A stretch of DNA of 64,000 nucleotides from Candidatus Oxydemutatoraceae bacterium (GTDB taxonomy: Bacteria > Pseudomonadota > Gammaproteobacteria > Poriferisulfidales > Oxydemutatoraceae). Within the stretch, counting starts at the first letter, position 1, and each line of letters opens with the position of its first letter. Position numbers and translations under genes: made by a program. The notes under the pieces are model-generated. The model saw nothing but the letters and a program-made list of their open reading frames with translations. It had not been told where the DNA came from and did not search any database. The stretch covers positions 1,324,769 through 1,388,768 of the forward strand of contig OZ244779.1 of NCBI GenBank assembly GCA_965219575.1, given 5' to 3'. This document shows, one piece after another, positions 9,067 to 19,760 of this stretch.

Positions 9067-10542
9067 ATGAAAAAACTATATCGGATAGTGATTTTTTCGC
9101 TTACTTTGATCTGCTTGCCGTTATCCGTTTCGGCACAAACGATGGAAGAAAAAATCAGAAGCCTAGAAGCAACCGTAGAACAGCTGCAAGAAACTTTGAT
9201 TCAGATGCGTGCCGAAATGGCAAAAGCCAAAGAAGCCGATGCATCCGAAAAAGGTGGCGTTGTTCGTAGCGACGGTGAAAACATCACCTTGTCTACCACT
9301 GGCGGTGGTTTGAAGCTCAAGTCGGACAACGGGAACTCGTTTCAATTCGGCGGTCGCTTGATGTTGGACTACGACAATTACGACTTTGACGGAGATCCTA
9401 TAGGAGAGGGCAGAGACGAAGACGACGGATCCGATACCGAATGGCGTCGTACTCGTATTACTGCCAAAGGCACCGTCAAAAACGATTGGGCTTATGGATT
9501 GACGATCAATATCAGCGACGACGACGAGAGTGCCGACATCAATACCGCCTATATGCGCTATGACGGCTTCAAGCCGCTGAGCATCACGGTCGGTAAATTC
9601 AAGGAGCCTTTCAGTTTGGAAAGACTGGCAAGTTCCAAATGGATCAATACGATTGAACGTGGGATGATAATCGATGTCGTCAACGAAGGGCACGGGCAAC
9701 CCCAAACAGCCGGCGTAATGCTTTCCGGCTATCATGCGGAGATGGGAAACCTGAATTGGGCATTCGGTGTGTTTGACGACGATCAAAAAGATGTCGACGG
9801 CGATTCGAATTATGCATACACCGGTCGTATCGCTGCCGCACCGCAGCTGAACGAGAATAGCTTTTTTCACTTAGGCTTTGCTTATTCCGAGCGCGAAAGA
9901 GACGAGGAACCCTATAGAGTGAGAACACGTTTCGGTGTACATACGAATAACGATCTGCGTACTACTTTGGTCGATCTCCCGAGTGGCGATGACACTTCCC
10001 AATGGGGACTGGAAGCTGCTTTTGTGACCGGGCCATTTTCTCTACAAGCCGAATATGTCGATTTAGAAGTAGACGGTAGTACCCGTTTGAGAACAGACGA
10101 AGATGATGACGGTGATGTCATAGAGAGTATCTTCGACAGTTTCAGTGATTTAGAAGCCGACGGCTATTATATACAAGGTGCCTGGACGCTCACCGGCGAA
10201 CAACGCAGCTATAAAACCAAAGGTGCTTACTTTGATAAAATCAAGCCCAAAGGTCCTATGGGTGCATTGGAATTGGTCGCACGCTACGAAGAAATTGACG
10301 TAGAGTACAACGGTGCTACAAGTAGTATTCAAAGGATGGCAGGTAATGGTGAAATTGATCTATTGGCTATCGGTGCCGGCAGGGCAGATAATGATGCCGA
10401 AAAAATGCTAATCGGGATCAACTGGTACCCAAACAACAATGTCAAGTTCATGCTGAACTATATCGATGCCGAAGCAAACTTGTCCGGCAGAGATGATGTA
10501 GACGGTGATGCCATCTCACTTCGCGCCCAATACGCATTCTGA
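9067..10542 (+). CDS. Phosphate-selective porin, OprO/OprP family
   Basis: Signal peptide and coiled coil; GGRLMLDY, RRTRI, GKFKEPFSLE, GINWYPN motifs; C-terminal Phe. Confidence 0.85.
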   Translation: MKKLYRIVIFSLTLICLPLSVSAQTMEEKIRSLEATVEQLQETLIQMRAEMAKAKEADASEKGGVVRSDGENITLSTTGGGLKLKSDNGNSFQFGGRLMLDYDNYDFDGDPIGEGRDEDDGSDTEWRRTRITAKGTVKNDWAYGLTINISDDDESADINTAYMRYDGFKPLSITVGKFKEPFSLERLASSKWINTIERGMIIDVVNEGHGQPQTAGVMLSGYHAEMGNLNWAFGVFDDDQKDVDGDSNYAYTGRIAAAPQLNENSFFHLGFAYSERERDEEPYRVRTRFGVHTNNDLRTTLVDLPSGDDTSQWGLEAAFVTGPFSLQAEYVDLEVDGSTRLRTDEDDDGDVIESIFDSFSDLEADGYYIQGAWTLTGEQRSYKTKGAYFDKIKPKGPMGALELVARYEEIDVEYNGATSSIQRMAGNGEIDLLAIGAGRADNDAEKMLIGINWYPNNNVKFMLNYIDAEANLSGRDDVDGDAISLRAQYAF

Positions 10543-11028
10543 CATAGCACAACTCTCGGATATGGATCACTAACATCGGATGCCTCAAAGCACAAAGCCA
10601 AATCTATATCCGAGTTTCTTAACCGAAGATATCTTTCGATCAAAATATCCACTTTGCGGAGCCGATGTTTTTTTATACTTCCGGATAGATGCAAGGCAAG
10701 GTATTTGTCTCTGAATATGAAAATGGTATAGCGCATCACGTTTACTCCCCCCTCTATAAAAGCAAACAAACGCGCTATACCATTATTCAAACTAGCATGC
10801 TTCAATTATAATGTCAAGCGTAATGTTTTATATCGTAACATTTAAGAAAATAAAGGAGATTTATTGTATCTATATCCGGTAAATCAAGCTACTTTAATGA
10901 GGTTTTGATGAAAAATATCTGCTCCGTTCCTCCCTATATTTTTGCCCCGTATGTTATACTCGTGCTAAAAATTTACCCTGAGTATTGTTGCTTGTTCCGA
11001 TGCAAGGAGCGGTGATGTTTTTTGAAAT

Positions 11029-11105
11029 AGGCGCGTAGCTCAGTTGGTTAGAGTGCCACCTTGACATGGTGGAGGTCGTTGGTTCAAATCCAATCGCGCC
11101 TACCA
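11029..11105 (+). tRNA. tRNA-Val(GAC)
   Basis: Acceptor stem AGGCGCG/CGCGCCT-ACCA; anticodon arm CCACC-TTGACAT-GGTGG; GGTTCAAATCC. Confidence 0.97.
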
Positions 11106-11135
11106 TACACATTAAAATGCAAAGACATATTAAAA

Positions 11136-13043
11136 ATGCCGACCATAAGTTTAATAGACGGTTCGAAGAAAGAATTCAATAGCCCGGTTAGCGTATCACA
11201 GATTGCCGAAGCGATAGGTCCGGGGTTATTGAAAGCAACGATTGCCGGACAAGTCGGAGACAAGCTCGTAGATGCGTGTGTGAAGGTTGACGATGATGCC
11301 GAGGTTAAAATTATCACTTCCACGGATCCGACGGGTGTTGAAATCATCCGACATTCGTGTGCGCATCTGCTCGGGCATGCGGTCAAGCAACTCTATCCCG
11401 ATGCACAAATGGCAATAGGTCCGGTCATAGACAAAGGCTTTTATTACGATATTGCATACAAGCGTTCGTTCACCGAAGAAGATCTCGCTTCGATAGAACA
11501 ACGTATGAAAGAATTGGCTAAAAAAAATTATCCGGTGATTAGAGAAGTTGTCTCCAGAGAACGAGCGATAGAGGTATTCAAACAACGCGGCGAAAGCTAC
11601 AAAGTTCAAATTGCCGAAGAGATACCGGACGATGAGATTATCGCGCTCTATCATCACGAGGAGTATATAGACATGTGCCGTGGTCCGCATGTGCCCGATA
11701 CCCGCTATTTGCAAGCATTCAAACTAACGCATTTGGCAGGTGCCTATTGGCGAGGCGACCATAAAAACGAAATGTTACAACGCATCTACGGTACCGCATG
11801 GGCGGATAAAAAACAGCTCAAAGCGTATTTGCTAAAACTTGAAGAGGCGGGTAAACGCGACCATCGTCGCTTGGGCAAACAAATGGATTTATTCCATTTC
11901 CAAGAGGAAGCACCGGGGATGGTGTTTTGGCACGAAAAAGGATGGCTACTCTATCGTTCGGTGGAAGACTATATGCGGCAGACGATTAAGGAACATCGCT
12001 ATTACGAGGTCAATACCCCACAGTTAATAGATCGCAGTCTATGGGAGCAGTCGGGGCATTGGCAGAAGTTCGGTGATATGATTTTCAGTACCGAGTCCGA
12101 AAAACGAGACTATGCGGTCAAGCCTATGAATTGTCCGGCGCATATACAAATCTATAACCAGACACTGCATAGCTACCGCGATTTACCTTATCGTATCGCC
12201 GAGTTCGGGGTGGTGCACCGCAACGAACCCTCGGGTACCTTACACGGTTTGATGCGCGCCCGGCGTTTTACCCAAGACGATGCGCATATCTTTTGTCGCG
12301 AAGAACAGTTAAACGAAGAAGTCGGAACATTGATAGAAAAAACATTCGAGGTCTATCGCGACTTCGGCTTCGACGATATCCTCATTGCCTTTTCAACTCG
12401 TCCGCAGCAGCGAGTCGGAGACGATGTATTGTGGGACAAAGCCGAGACCGCATTGCGAGAAGTTCTGGAAATGCGTGGATTGAAATTTGAAGTTCAACAA
12501 GGCGAGGGTGCTTTCTACGGTCCTAAGATAGAGTTTACTTTGACCGATAGCTTGGATAGAAAGTGGCAATGTGGCACCATACAACTAGACTTCTCGATGC
12601 CGATGCAGCTCGGTGCGAATTATGTTTCCGAGAGCGGGGAAAAGCGGGTGCCGGTGATGATACATCGGGCAATTTTAGGTTCGCTCGAGCGTTTTATAGG
12701 GATATTGCTGGAAAATTATGCCGGCAAACTGCCGTTATGGCTTGCGCCGGTACAGATTATGGTCATGAATGTTACCGACGCGCAAGCCGAATATGCACGA
12801 ATAATAACCGAACAATTTCGTAGCGACGGATTTCGTGTCGATATGGACTTGAGAAATGAGAAGATAGGGTATAAAATTCGCAGTGGGACTTTGCAAAAGA
12901 TACCTTATATGATAATCGTGGGCGACAAGGAAGTTGCAATGCAAAATGTTTCGGTGCGTACTCTCGACGGTACCGACTTAGGTCGGATGCCTGTTGCGCA
13001 GTTGCTCGGCGAATTGAAAACTAAGGTACAATGCAGAGAGTAA
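11136..13043 (+). CDS. thrS: Threonine--tRNA ligase
   Basis: [10 protein letters not shown] start, [26 protein letters not shown]; the ORF-track start at 11061 overlaps the tRNA. Confidence 0.98.
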   Translation: MPTISLIDGSKKEFNSPVSVSQIAEAIGPGLLKATIAGQVGDKLVDACVKVDDDAEVKIITSTDPTGVEIIRHSCAHLLGHAVKQLYPDAQMAIGPVIDKGFYYDIAYKRSFTEEDLASIEQRMKELAKKNYPVIREVVSRERAIEVFKQRGESYKVQIAEEIPDDEIIALYHHEEYIDMCRGPHVPDTRYLQAFKLTHLAGAYWRGDHKNEMLQRIYGTAWADKKQLKAYLLKLEEAGKRDHRRLGKQMDLFHFQEEAPGMVFWHEKGWLLYRSVEDYMRQTIKEHRYYEVNTPQLIDRSLWEQSGHWQKFGDMIFSTESEKRDYAVKPMNCPAHIQIYNQTLHSYRDLPYRIAEFGVVHRNEPSGTLHGLMRARRFTQDDAHIFCREEQLNEEVGTLIEKTFEVYRDFGFDDILIAFSTRPQQRVGDDVLWDKAETALREVLEMRGLKFEVQQGEGAFYGPKIEFTLTDSLDRKWQCGTIQLDFSMPMQLGANYVSESGEKRVPVMIHRAILGSLERFIGILLENYAGKLPLWLAPVQIMVMNVTDAQAEYARIITEQFRSDGFRVDMDLRNEKIGYKIRSGTLQKIPYMIIVGDKEVAMQNVSVRTLDGTDLGRMPVAQLLGELKTKVQCRE

Positions 13044-13065
13044 TTTATGAACATAGGAATTTAAT

Positions 13066-13581
13066 TTGATAAAAAAGCATAACAGAACCAACGGCGAGAT
13101 CGATTGCACCGAAGTACGTTTGATTGCGCCCGACGGGACCAACATAGGAGTTGTAGGTATAGAGAAAGCGCGTAGCTATGCCGCAGAACAAAATTTAGAT
13201 TTAGTCGAATTAGTGCCGAATGCGAAGCCGCCTGTATGCAGGTTGCTTAACTACGGAAAGTTTAAGTTCGAGCAACGGAAAAAGGAGCAACGTTCGCGTA
13301 AGAACCAAAAGCGTATACAGGTCAAGGAAGTTAAATTCAGACCGAGTACCGAGGCGATGGACTATCAAACCAAGTTGCGTAGCCTGAAGAAATTTTTGCA
13401 AGACGGAGATAAAACAAAAGTTGTATTGAGATTCAAGGGACGAGAGTTTATACACCGCGAGCTCGGAATGGAAATGCTGTATCGCATAGAGAACGATCTA
13501 AAAGAATACGGTGTCGTCGAGCAACAACCTAAAACTGAAGGTCGCCAAGTAGTAATGATATATGCCCCTAAAAGAAATTGA
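13066..13581 (+). CDS. infC: Translation initiation factor IF-3
   Basis: EVRLI, LDLVE, PPVCRLLNYGKF, KEVKFRP; non-ATG start. Confidence 0.97.
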   Translation: MIKKHNRTNGEIDCTEVRLIAPDGTNIGVVGIEKARSYAAEQNLDLVELVPNAKPPVCRLLNYGKFKFEQRKKEQRSRKNQKRIQVKEVKFRPSTEAMDYQTKLRSLKKFLQDGDKTKVVLRFKGREFIHRELGMEMLYRIENDLKEYGVVEQQPKTEGRQVVMIYAPKRN

Positions 13582-13595
13582 AAGATAGATAGACG

Positions 13596-13793
13596 ATGCC
13601 TAAGTTGAAAACAAATAGAGGTGCCGCCAAGCGGTTTAGTAAAACCGCATCGGGTAAGTTTCGGAAGAAGCAATCCCATGCGCGACACATTCTGACCAAA
13701 AAAGATAGCAAGCGCAAACGTAATTTACGCGCGCCCGATTTAATACACGGCAACGACGAAGCGGTGATTAGAAAACTGCTACCGTATGCTTAA
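13596..13793 (+). CDS. rpmI: 50S ribosomal protein L35
   Basis: [14 protein letters not shown]; synteny. Confidence 0.98.
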   Translation: MPKLKTNRGAAKRFSKTASGKFRKKQSHARHILTKKDSKRKRNLRAPDLIHGNDEAVIRKLLPYA

Positions 13794-13805
13794 CACGGAA
13801 TAGAG

Positions 13806-14165
13806 ATGGCGAGAGTTAAACGAGGTGTGGTTTCACACGCTAGGCATAAGAAAGTTCTAAAACAAGCACGCGGATATTACGGTGCGCGGAGCAGAACATT
13901 TCGCGTTGCCAAACAAGCGGTAATACGCGCCGGTCAATACGCCTACCGCGACCGTCGCCAACGCAAACGTCAATTTCGTGCTTTATGGATTATCAGGATC
14001 AACGCCGCAGCGCGATCTTTCGGTTTGTCTTACAGTCGATTGATCAACGGTCTGACCTGTTCGGGCGTGGAAATAGACCGTAAACTGTTAGCCGACCTTG
14101 CGGTCAACGATATAGAGGCTTTCGGGAAAATCGTCGACAAAGCTAAAACCGCACTCGCCTCCTAG
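13806..14165 (+). CDS. rplT: 50S ribosomal protein L20
   Basis: [26 protein letters not shown]. Confidence 0.98.
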   Translation: MARVKRGVVSHARHKKVLKQARGYYGARSRTFRVAKQAVIRAGQYAYRDRRQRKRQFRALWIIRINAAARSFGLSYSRLINGLTCSGVEIDRKLLADLAVNDIEAFGKIVDKAKTALAS

Positions 14166-14166
14166 T

Positions 14167-15189
14167 GTGTCTCCCCCGATGTCGGATGAACTGCCGGATT
14201 TGGTTCAGCTCAAATCCCGAGCGCATACCGAGATTGAAAAAGCGCAAGACCTGAAAAGCCTAGAGCAATTACGGGTTGCTTATCTGGGCAAGAAAGGCGA
14301 ACTGACATTACAACTTAAGAAGATTAATACATTGCCGGCAAAACGGCGACCGGTGATAGGGCAACTCGCCAACGAGGTAAAGCAAGACATTATCGAAGCC
14401 GTCAAAGCTCGCGAGCAATCACTCAAAGCGCAAGCCATAGAACGGCAGACCTCGGAAGAGAGCATAGATGTAGGTTTGGCAGGTAGGCGTACCGCTGCGG
14501 CTAACCCACATCCGGTGACTCGTACGCTGCGTCGTATAGAGATGCTTTTTTCAAATCTAGGTTTTGATATAGCCGAGGGTCCCGAAATAGAAGACGATTT
14601 TCACAACTTCGAAGCATTGAATATTCCTGCATCGCATCCGGCGCGTGCGATGCACGATACTTTTTATCTCAACAACGGCGATTTATTGCGTACCCATACT
14701 TCACCGGTACAAATTAGAGTGATGCAAAAGCGCAAACCGCCGATACGAATCATTGCCCCGGGACGTGTCTATAGACGCGATTTTGATATTACCCATAGTC
14801 CGATGTTTCATCAAGTCGAAGGCTTGGTGGTAGGGCGTGATATTTGTTTTACCGACTTAAAGGCGATGGTTGCCAATTTCTTGCGCACATTTTTTGAAGA
14901 CAAAGACTTGGCGATACGCTTCAGGCCCTCTTATTTTCCTTTTACCGAACCGTCGGCCGAGGTTGATATCGAATGGCAAGAAGGCAAAAAACATGATTGG
15001 CTCGAAGTGATGGGATGCGGCATGGTGCATCCGGCGGTATTCAAAGCGGTGGCTTACGATACCGCACTGTATAAGGGATACGCTTTCGGTTTGGGCATAG
15101 AACGATTGGCTATGCTACGCTACCGCATAGCCGATTTGCGGTTGCTGTTTGAGAACGACATTCGCTTCTTAAAGCAATTTTACCTCTGA
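14167..15189 (+). CDS. pheS: Phenylalanine--tRNA ligase alpha subunit
   Basis: HPARAMHDTF, LRTHTSPVQ, FRPSYFPFTEPS. Confidence 0.98.
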   Translation: MSPPMSDELPDLVQLKSRAHTEIEKAQDLKSLEQLRVAYLGKKGELTLQLKKINTLPAKRRPVIGQLANEVKQDIIEAVKAREQSLKAQAIERQTSEESIDVGLAGRRTAAANPHPVTRTLRRIEMLFSNLGFDIAEGPEIEDDFHNFEALNIPASHPARAMHDTFYLNNGDLLRTHTSPVQIRVMQKRKPPIRIIAPGRVYRRDFDITHSPMFHQVEGLVVGRDICFTDLKAMVANFLRTFFEDKDLAIRFRPSYFPFTEPSAEVDIEWQEGKKHDWLEVMGCGMVHPAVFKAVAYDTALYKGYAFGLGIERLAMLRYRIADLRLLFENDIRFLKQFYL

Positions 15190-15194
15190 AGGAT

Positions 15195-17570
15195 ATGCGT
15201 TGTAATCTCGAATGGCTAAAGCAGTGGTTGCCTATAGAGGCGGACGCCGAAGTATTGGGTAACCGCCTCACGATGGCCGGCTTGGAACTCGATGCAATAG
15301 AAACCGTTTGTCATCATTTGTCGGGTGTCGTTGTCGCACGCGTTGTTGCCGTAAATAACCATCCCGATGCCGACAAACTCAAATTATGTAAAGTGGATAT
15401 GGGCGAGCAACGAGTGCGTGATGTCGTTTGCGGGGCAAGTAATGTTCGCACCGATATGTTGACGGCTTACGCACCGTCGGGTGCACGCATCGGAGAGTCT
15501 CGGATTGCGATTAAGAACATACGAGGATGCGACTCGGACGGAATGCTTTGCTCGGCTTACGAATTGGGTATGTCGGAAGAGCAGGAGGGTCTGCTGGAAC
15601 TCGATGATGTTGCCGAAGTAGGTCGATCGTTGGTCGATTATATGAAATTGGACGATTTGGTTTACGACATAGACCTAACTCCCAATCGTGCCGATTGTTT
15701 GAGTATTTCGGGAATCGCCCGCGAACTTTCGACCTTACTGGATTTGCCGCTCAAAGATATGCAATGGGAGCCGCCGGCCGAATCACCCTGCGATACACCC
15801 GAGGTCAAACTGCTACAACCCGACGCCTGCCCGCATTATTTAGCCAGAGAAATACGAGCCATAGATATACGAAAGACTACGCCTTTGTGGATCAAAGAAC
15901 GGCTTAGACGATGCGGTATCCGTGCGATTTATCCGGTCGTGGATATACTCAACTATGTAATGCTCGAATTAGGACAGCCTATGCACGCATTCGACAAGCG
16001 TCGCTTAAAAGGCGCACTGCATATACGATGGTCGGAGGCGAACGAAGAACTGAAAGTATTGGGTGGACAAACGATTGAGCTCGATCGGCAAACCTTGGTT
16101 ATTGCCGACGAACAACGGGCGGTTGCAATCGCCGGCATCGTAGGCGGAGAACACAGTGCGGTGCAAAGCGACTCTACCGAAATCGTTTTAGAAAGCGCAT
16201 TCTTCAAGCCCGAAGCAATTTTAGGGCAAGCGAGACACTACGGCTTGCAGACCGAGTCATCGCATCGTTTTGAGCGCGGCGTAGACTTTGAATTGCAATC
16301 TAAAGCCATCGAATATGCGAGTTATTTGATCGCAACACTACTCGATGCAGAGGTCGGAACTACGGTTGAAATCGTATCGCATGAGCATATACCGACTAGA
16401 ACACCGATTGTATTGAATAAAAAGTCCGTTGCTGCGTATTTGGGTGTGGAAATAAAGCCCGACTTTATCGAAAAAACCTTAAAGAATTTAGGCTGTAAGT
16501 TAGACACGAACAAGGATGGCTGGCAATGCACGCCGCCGTCTTATAGATTTGACTTGGCGATAGAGGCGGATCTGATAGAGGAGATTGCCAGAATCTACGG
16601 TTATGAACGAATTCCCGAAACACCGGGTAGTCATACCGATCGTTTCAATACGGATAGGAACGAGCAACATATTAGACAGTGCGGCGATTACTTAAACGCA
16701 CGAGGTTATTTTGAAGTCATCACATATAGCTTTATCGCTCCCGAACAACTGCGTACATTCACACCCGATGTCGATATCGAAGCATTGCAGCTGGAGAATC
16801 CGGTCTCCGAGCAGATGTCGGTGATGCGTACTTCTTTGTGGCCGGGTCTGCTACAAGTATTAAAGTATAACCTGAATAGACAGCAAGATAAGGTTTGTAT
16901 TTTTGAACAGGGAGCTAAATTTTTCACTAACGCTAATAAAGTTGAGCAGAGTAATGTACTAGCCGGCTTAGCCTGTGGCACGATAATGCCCGATCAATGG
17001 AGTGATAAGCCTAGGTGCTATGATTTTTACGATGTCAAAGGCGACCTGGAGAACTTGTTGCAAACCTTCGAAGGTCGACTGAAATTTAAAGCCGGCGAGT
17101 ACCCGGGATTACATCGCGGACAATGTGCGGATATCTACATCGAGGATAGGCACATCGGTTGTGTGGGCGCACTCTCGCCGTTGCTGACCGGGCAATATAA
17201 ATTGCATGCGCCGGCATTTTTATTTGAACTTCGCATCGACGAAATAAGCGATGTAAAACTCCCGCATTACCGAGCGATACCCGCTTACCCGTCGGTGCGC
17301 CGAGATTTGGCGTTCGTCGTAGCAAAAGGCATCGATTCAACCGCAATTCTGGAATACATAGATACTTTGGATATTGGCTATTTGACGGATCGTTTTGTAT
17401 TCGATGCTTACGAAGACCAACAGTTGGGAGAGGATGTTAAGAATATCGGTATCGGCTTCATCTTTCAAGATTTCCGGCAGACGCTACAAAAAGAAACCGT
17501 CGACAATCTAACTCAAACCCTGATCGACGGGATCTGCAAACGGTTTTCCGCCGAGCGTAGATTGGCTTAA
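15195..17570 (+). CDS. pheT: Phenylalanine--tRNA ligase beta subunit
   Basis: HPDADKL, TPNRADCLS, RFERGVD, YPSVRRDLAF. Confidence 0.98.
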   Translation: MRCNLEWLKQWLPIEADAEVLGNRLTMAGLELDAIETVCHHLSGVVVARVVAVNNHPDADKLKLCKVDMGEQRVRDVVCGASNVRTDMLTAYAPSGARIGESRIAIKNIRGCDSDGMLCSAYELGMSEEQEGLLELDDVAEVGRSLVDYMKLDDLVYDIDLTPNRADCLSISGIARELSTLLDLPLKDMQWEPPAESPCDTPEVKLLQPDACPHYLAREIRAIDIRKTTPLWIKERLRRCGIRAIYPVVDILNYVMLELGQPMHAFDKRRLKGALHIRWSEANEELKVLGGQTIELDRQTLVIADEQRAVAIAGIVGGEHSAVQSDSTEIVLESAFFKPEAILGQARHYGLQTESSHRFERGVDFELQSKAIEYASYLIATLLDAEVGTTVEIVSHEHIPTRTPIVLNKKSVAAYLGVEIKPDFIEKTLKNLGCKLDTNKDGWQCTPPSYRFDLAIEADLIEEIARIYGYERIPETPGSHTDRFNTDRNEQHIRQCGDYLNARGYFEVITYSFIAPEQLRTFTPDVDIEALQLENPVSEQMSVMRTSLWPGLLQVLKYNLNRQQDKVCIFEQGAKFFTNANKVEQSNVLAGLACGTIMPDQWSDKPRCYDFYDVKGDLENLLQTFEGRLKFKAGEYPGLHRGQCADIYIEDRHIGCVGALSPLLTGQYKLHAPAFLFELRIDEISDVKLPHYRAIPAYPSVRRDLAFVVAKGIDSTAILEYIDTLDIGYLTDRFVFDAYEDQQLGEDVKNIGIGFIFQDFRQTLQKETVDNLTQTLIDGICKRFSAERRLA

Positions 17571-17580
17571 AACGGATTTT

Positions 17581-18222
17581 CTAGGTACGGCTGCGTTGCC
17601 ATATCTGTTCCAAAGGTTTTCTCTCGGATGGTGGTTTTTCCGTGTCCGGAGGGTCTTCGGATAATTGACCCGCCGAATCCATGTCTATATAACCGAGTGC
17701 AAAACCGCAGATTACTTCAAACCGCGTCGTGTCTAAATCGAAAGCCTCATAGATTTCCTCTCGTTTGATACCGCCCATTCCGTGTGTATAAAGTCCGAGT
17801 AGTCTTGCCTGCAGAGTCATTGCGAGCCACGCCGCACCGCAATCGAAGTTCGCCAACCGATTCGGTTTACCGTTATGTTCAAAATGTTTGCGTGCGACGA
17901 TGAAACCCAGTAGAGAGGCTCGGTGTGCCCACGCTTGATTGAATTCGGTCAGTAGGTTATGAAAAAAATCAAAATCCTCGTTGCCGTCGGACGTAATGAA
18001 TAACCACGGTTGATCGTTATAACACGAAGGCGACCAGCGCGCCGCATCGAAAATAGTTTTAAGTGTATTTTCGGGTATGGGTTTTTTGTTAAAAGAACGC
18101 GGCGACCAGCGTTGATAAAATAAAGCATCTACGCCATCGGCAGGGTTGCGCCGGCTAAAGTCTATGTCCGTAGAAGAGGCAAAAGAGTTTTGTATAAATT
18201 TATCGTTCATAGTATTATTCAA
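17581..18222 (-). CDS. Nitroreductase family protein
   Basis: RWSPRSF, AARWSPSCYNDQPW, HGMGG. Confidence 0.9.
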   Translation of the reverse strand: MNNTMNDKFIQNSFASSTDIDFSRRNPADGVDALFYQRWSPRSFNKKPIPENTLKTIFDAARWSPSCYNDQPWLFITSDGNEDFDFFHNLLTEFNQAWAHRASLLGFIVARKHFEHNGKPNRLANFDCGAAWLAMTLQARLLGLYTHGMGGIKREEIYEAFDLDTTRFEVICGFALGYIDMDSAGQLSEDPPDTEKPPSERKPLEQIWQRSRT

Positions 18223-18294
18223 AGTATATAGTTGATAAAATGCTCTCGGTAAGTACTATTGCTGTGAGCGGTAATTATAACAGAGATAGAGGTA

Positions 18295-18591
18295 ATGACG
18301 GTAACTAAAGCTGATATAGCACAAAATTTGGTTGATAGGCTCGGGTTTAATAGACTCGAGTCGGAAGAGTTCGTTAAACTTTTTTTTGAGGAAATTGTTA
18401 GCACTTTGGAAGAAGGCAAAGACCTTAGGATATCGAGCTTCGGAAATTTTTTGTTGCGAAATAAGAAACAACGAATGGGGCGTAATCCTAAGACCGGGAA
18501 ACCGGCGGTGATTTCCGCACGTCGTGTCGTTGTATTCAGGCCGGGGCTAAAATTAAAGAACAGAATAGCTTCCAATGACGGAAGAGATTAA
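18295..18591 (+). CDS. ihfA: Integration host factor subunit alpha
   Basis: MTVTKADIA, FGNF, GRNPKTG, ARRVVVFRPG. Confidence 0.95.
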   Translation: MTVTKADIAQNLVDRLGFNRLESEEFVKLFFEEIVSTLEEGKDLRISSFGNFLLRNKKQRMGRNPKTGKPAVISARRVVVFRPGLKLKNRIASNDGRD

Positions 18592-18922
18592 GACTCGTTA
18601 TCCACTGATACCCGATAAACACTATTTTACGATTGGCGATGTCAGCGAATGGTGCGGTGTAGAACAGCATGTGTTGCGTTATTGGGAACAGACATTTAGA
18701 CAATTAAAACCCATTAGACGCGGGGGTCGACGTTTTTATACTAAGAACGACTTATACATAGTCAGAAAGATTTATACGCTACTCAAACACGAAGGTTATA
18801 CGATAGACGGGGCCAAACGAAAAATAAACAGCGACGACCGGATTCCGGAAAAACACTATAATAGTCGTTTGCTCGACGAGGTTATTAAGGAACTGCAAGT
18901 CATATTAAAAAGTATGGAATGA
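18575..18922 (+). CDS. MerR-family regulator (conserved ihfA neighbour)
   Basis: [27 protein letters not shown]. Confidence 0.9.
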   Translation: MTEEIKTRYPLIPDKHYFTIGDVSEWCGVEQHVLRYWEQTFRQLKPIRRGGRRFYTKNDLYIVRKIYTLLKHEGYTIDGAKRKINSDDRIPEKHYNSRLLDEVIKELQVILKSME

Positions 18923-18926
18923 ATAT

Positions 18927-19003
<77 letters not shown>

Positions 19004-19029
19004 TATAGTTTTGACGAATTATCCGGGCG

Positions 19030-19521
19030 ATGAAAGAATCGGTTGTGGAGTCGTTGTATCTAAAAACACCGTTAGGTGGACTGGTTCTGGAAATACGAGA
19101 GCAAGGTCTAGGTGCCGTATGTTTTTCCGACTCCTCGCATCGTACGAATGTTTATCCTCGAACCCGACTAGGACATCTGGCGTATAATCAGATGATGCGC
19201 TATTTCGACAGACCGCACAACCGATTTACGATTCCGCTCGTATTATCCGAGCAGACTTCTTTTAGAAGACGAGTATGGGAAGCCTTATCTAATATCAAAA
19301 TAGGCAGTACGGCAACCTACAAGCAAATTGCTCAAAAGCTGAACACACATCCGCGCGCAATCGGCGGTGCGTGCGCCGCTAATCCGATACCGATCATTAT
19401 CCCGTGCCATAGAGTGATTGCTCAATCCGGTGCGCTCTGCGGTTATACGGGAACCGACGGCAAGCAAGATTTGGGCATCAAGGCGTGGTTGTTAAACCAC
19501 GAGAATCCGAAGCATCCATAG
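19030..19521 (+). CDS. ogt: Methylated-DNA--protein-cysteine S-methyltransferase
   Basis: RAIGGACAANP..IPCHRV active-site motif. Confidence 0.92.
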   Translation: MKESVVESLYLKTPLGGLVLEIREQGLGAVCFSDSSHRTNVYPRTRLGHLAYNQMMRYFDRPHNRFTIPLVLSEQTSFRRRVWEALSNIKIGSTATYKQIAQKLNTHPRAIGGACAANPIPIIIPCHRVIAQSGALCGYTGTDGKQDLGIKAWLLNHENPKHP

Positions 19522-19760
19522 GGGACTGTTGAAAAAGTATTTCATAGAGTGGTAGGGGCGGACATCAAAATTGCCGATTGACCTACTGGTTCAATCGGCG
19601 GCTCTATTCTGCCCGTAACGCGTTGTGCCTGCACAATTTATACATTCATTCATCCAATTTATGGAAACCAAAACCAAATGGCGCAAGCGGTTGCAGTTAT
19701 TCCGAACGGTACTTTAGGGCAGACATCAGAATTACCGATTGACCTAGCGGTTCAATCTGC
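19521..19760. repeat. Partial copy of the modular MITE/REP repeat
   Basis: One TIR (CTGTTGAAAAAGT), REP with nested GCCGATTGA palindrome, GGCGCAAGCGGTT module. Confidence 0.85.

Noticed and set aside
11061-11135. N-terminal extension of ThrS
   Set aside because: Overlaps tRNA-Val; the conserved start is 11136
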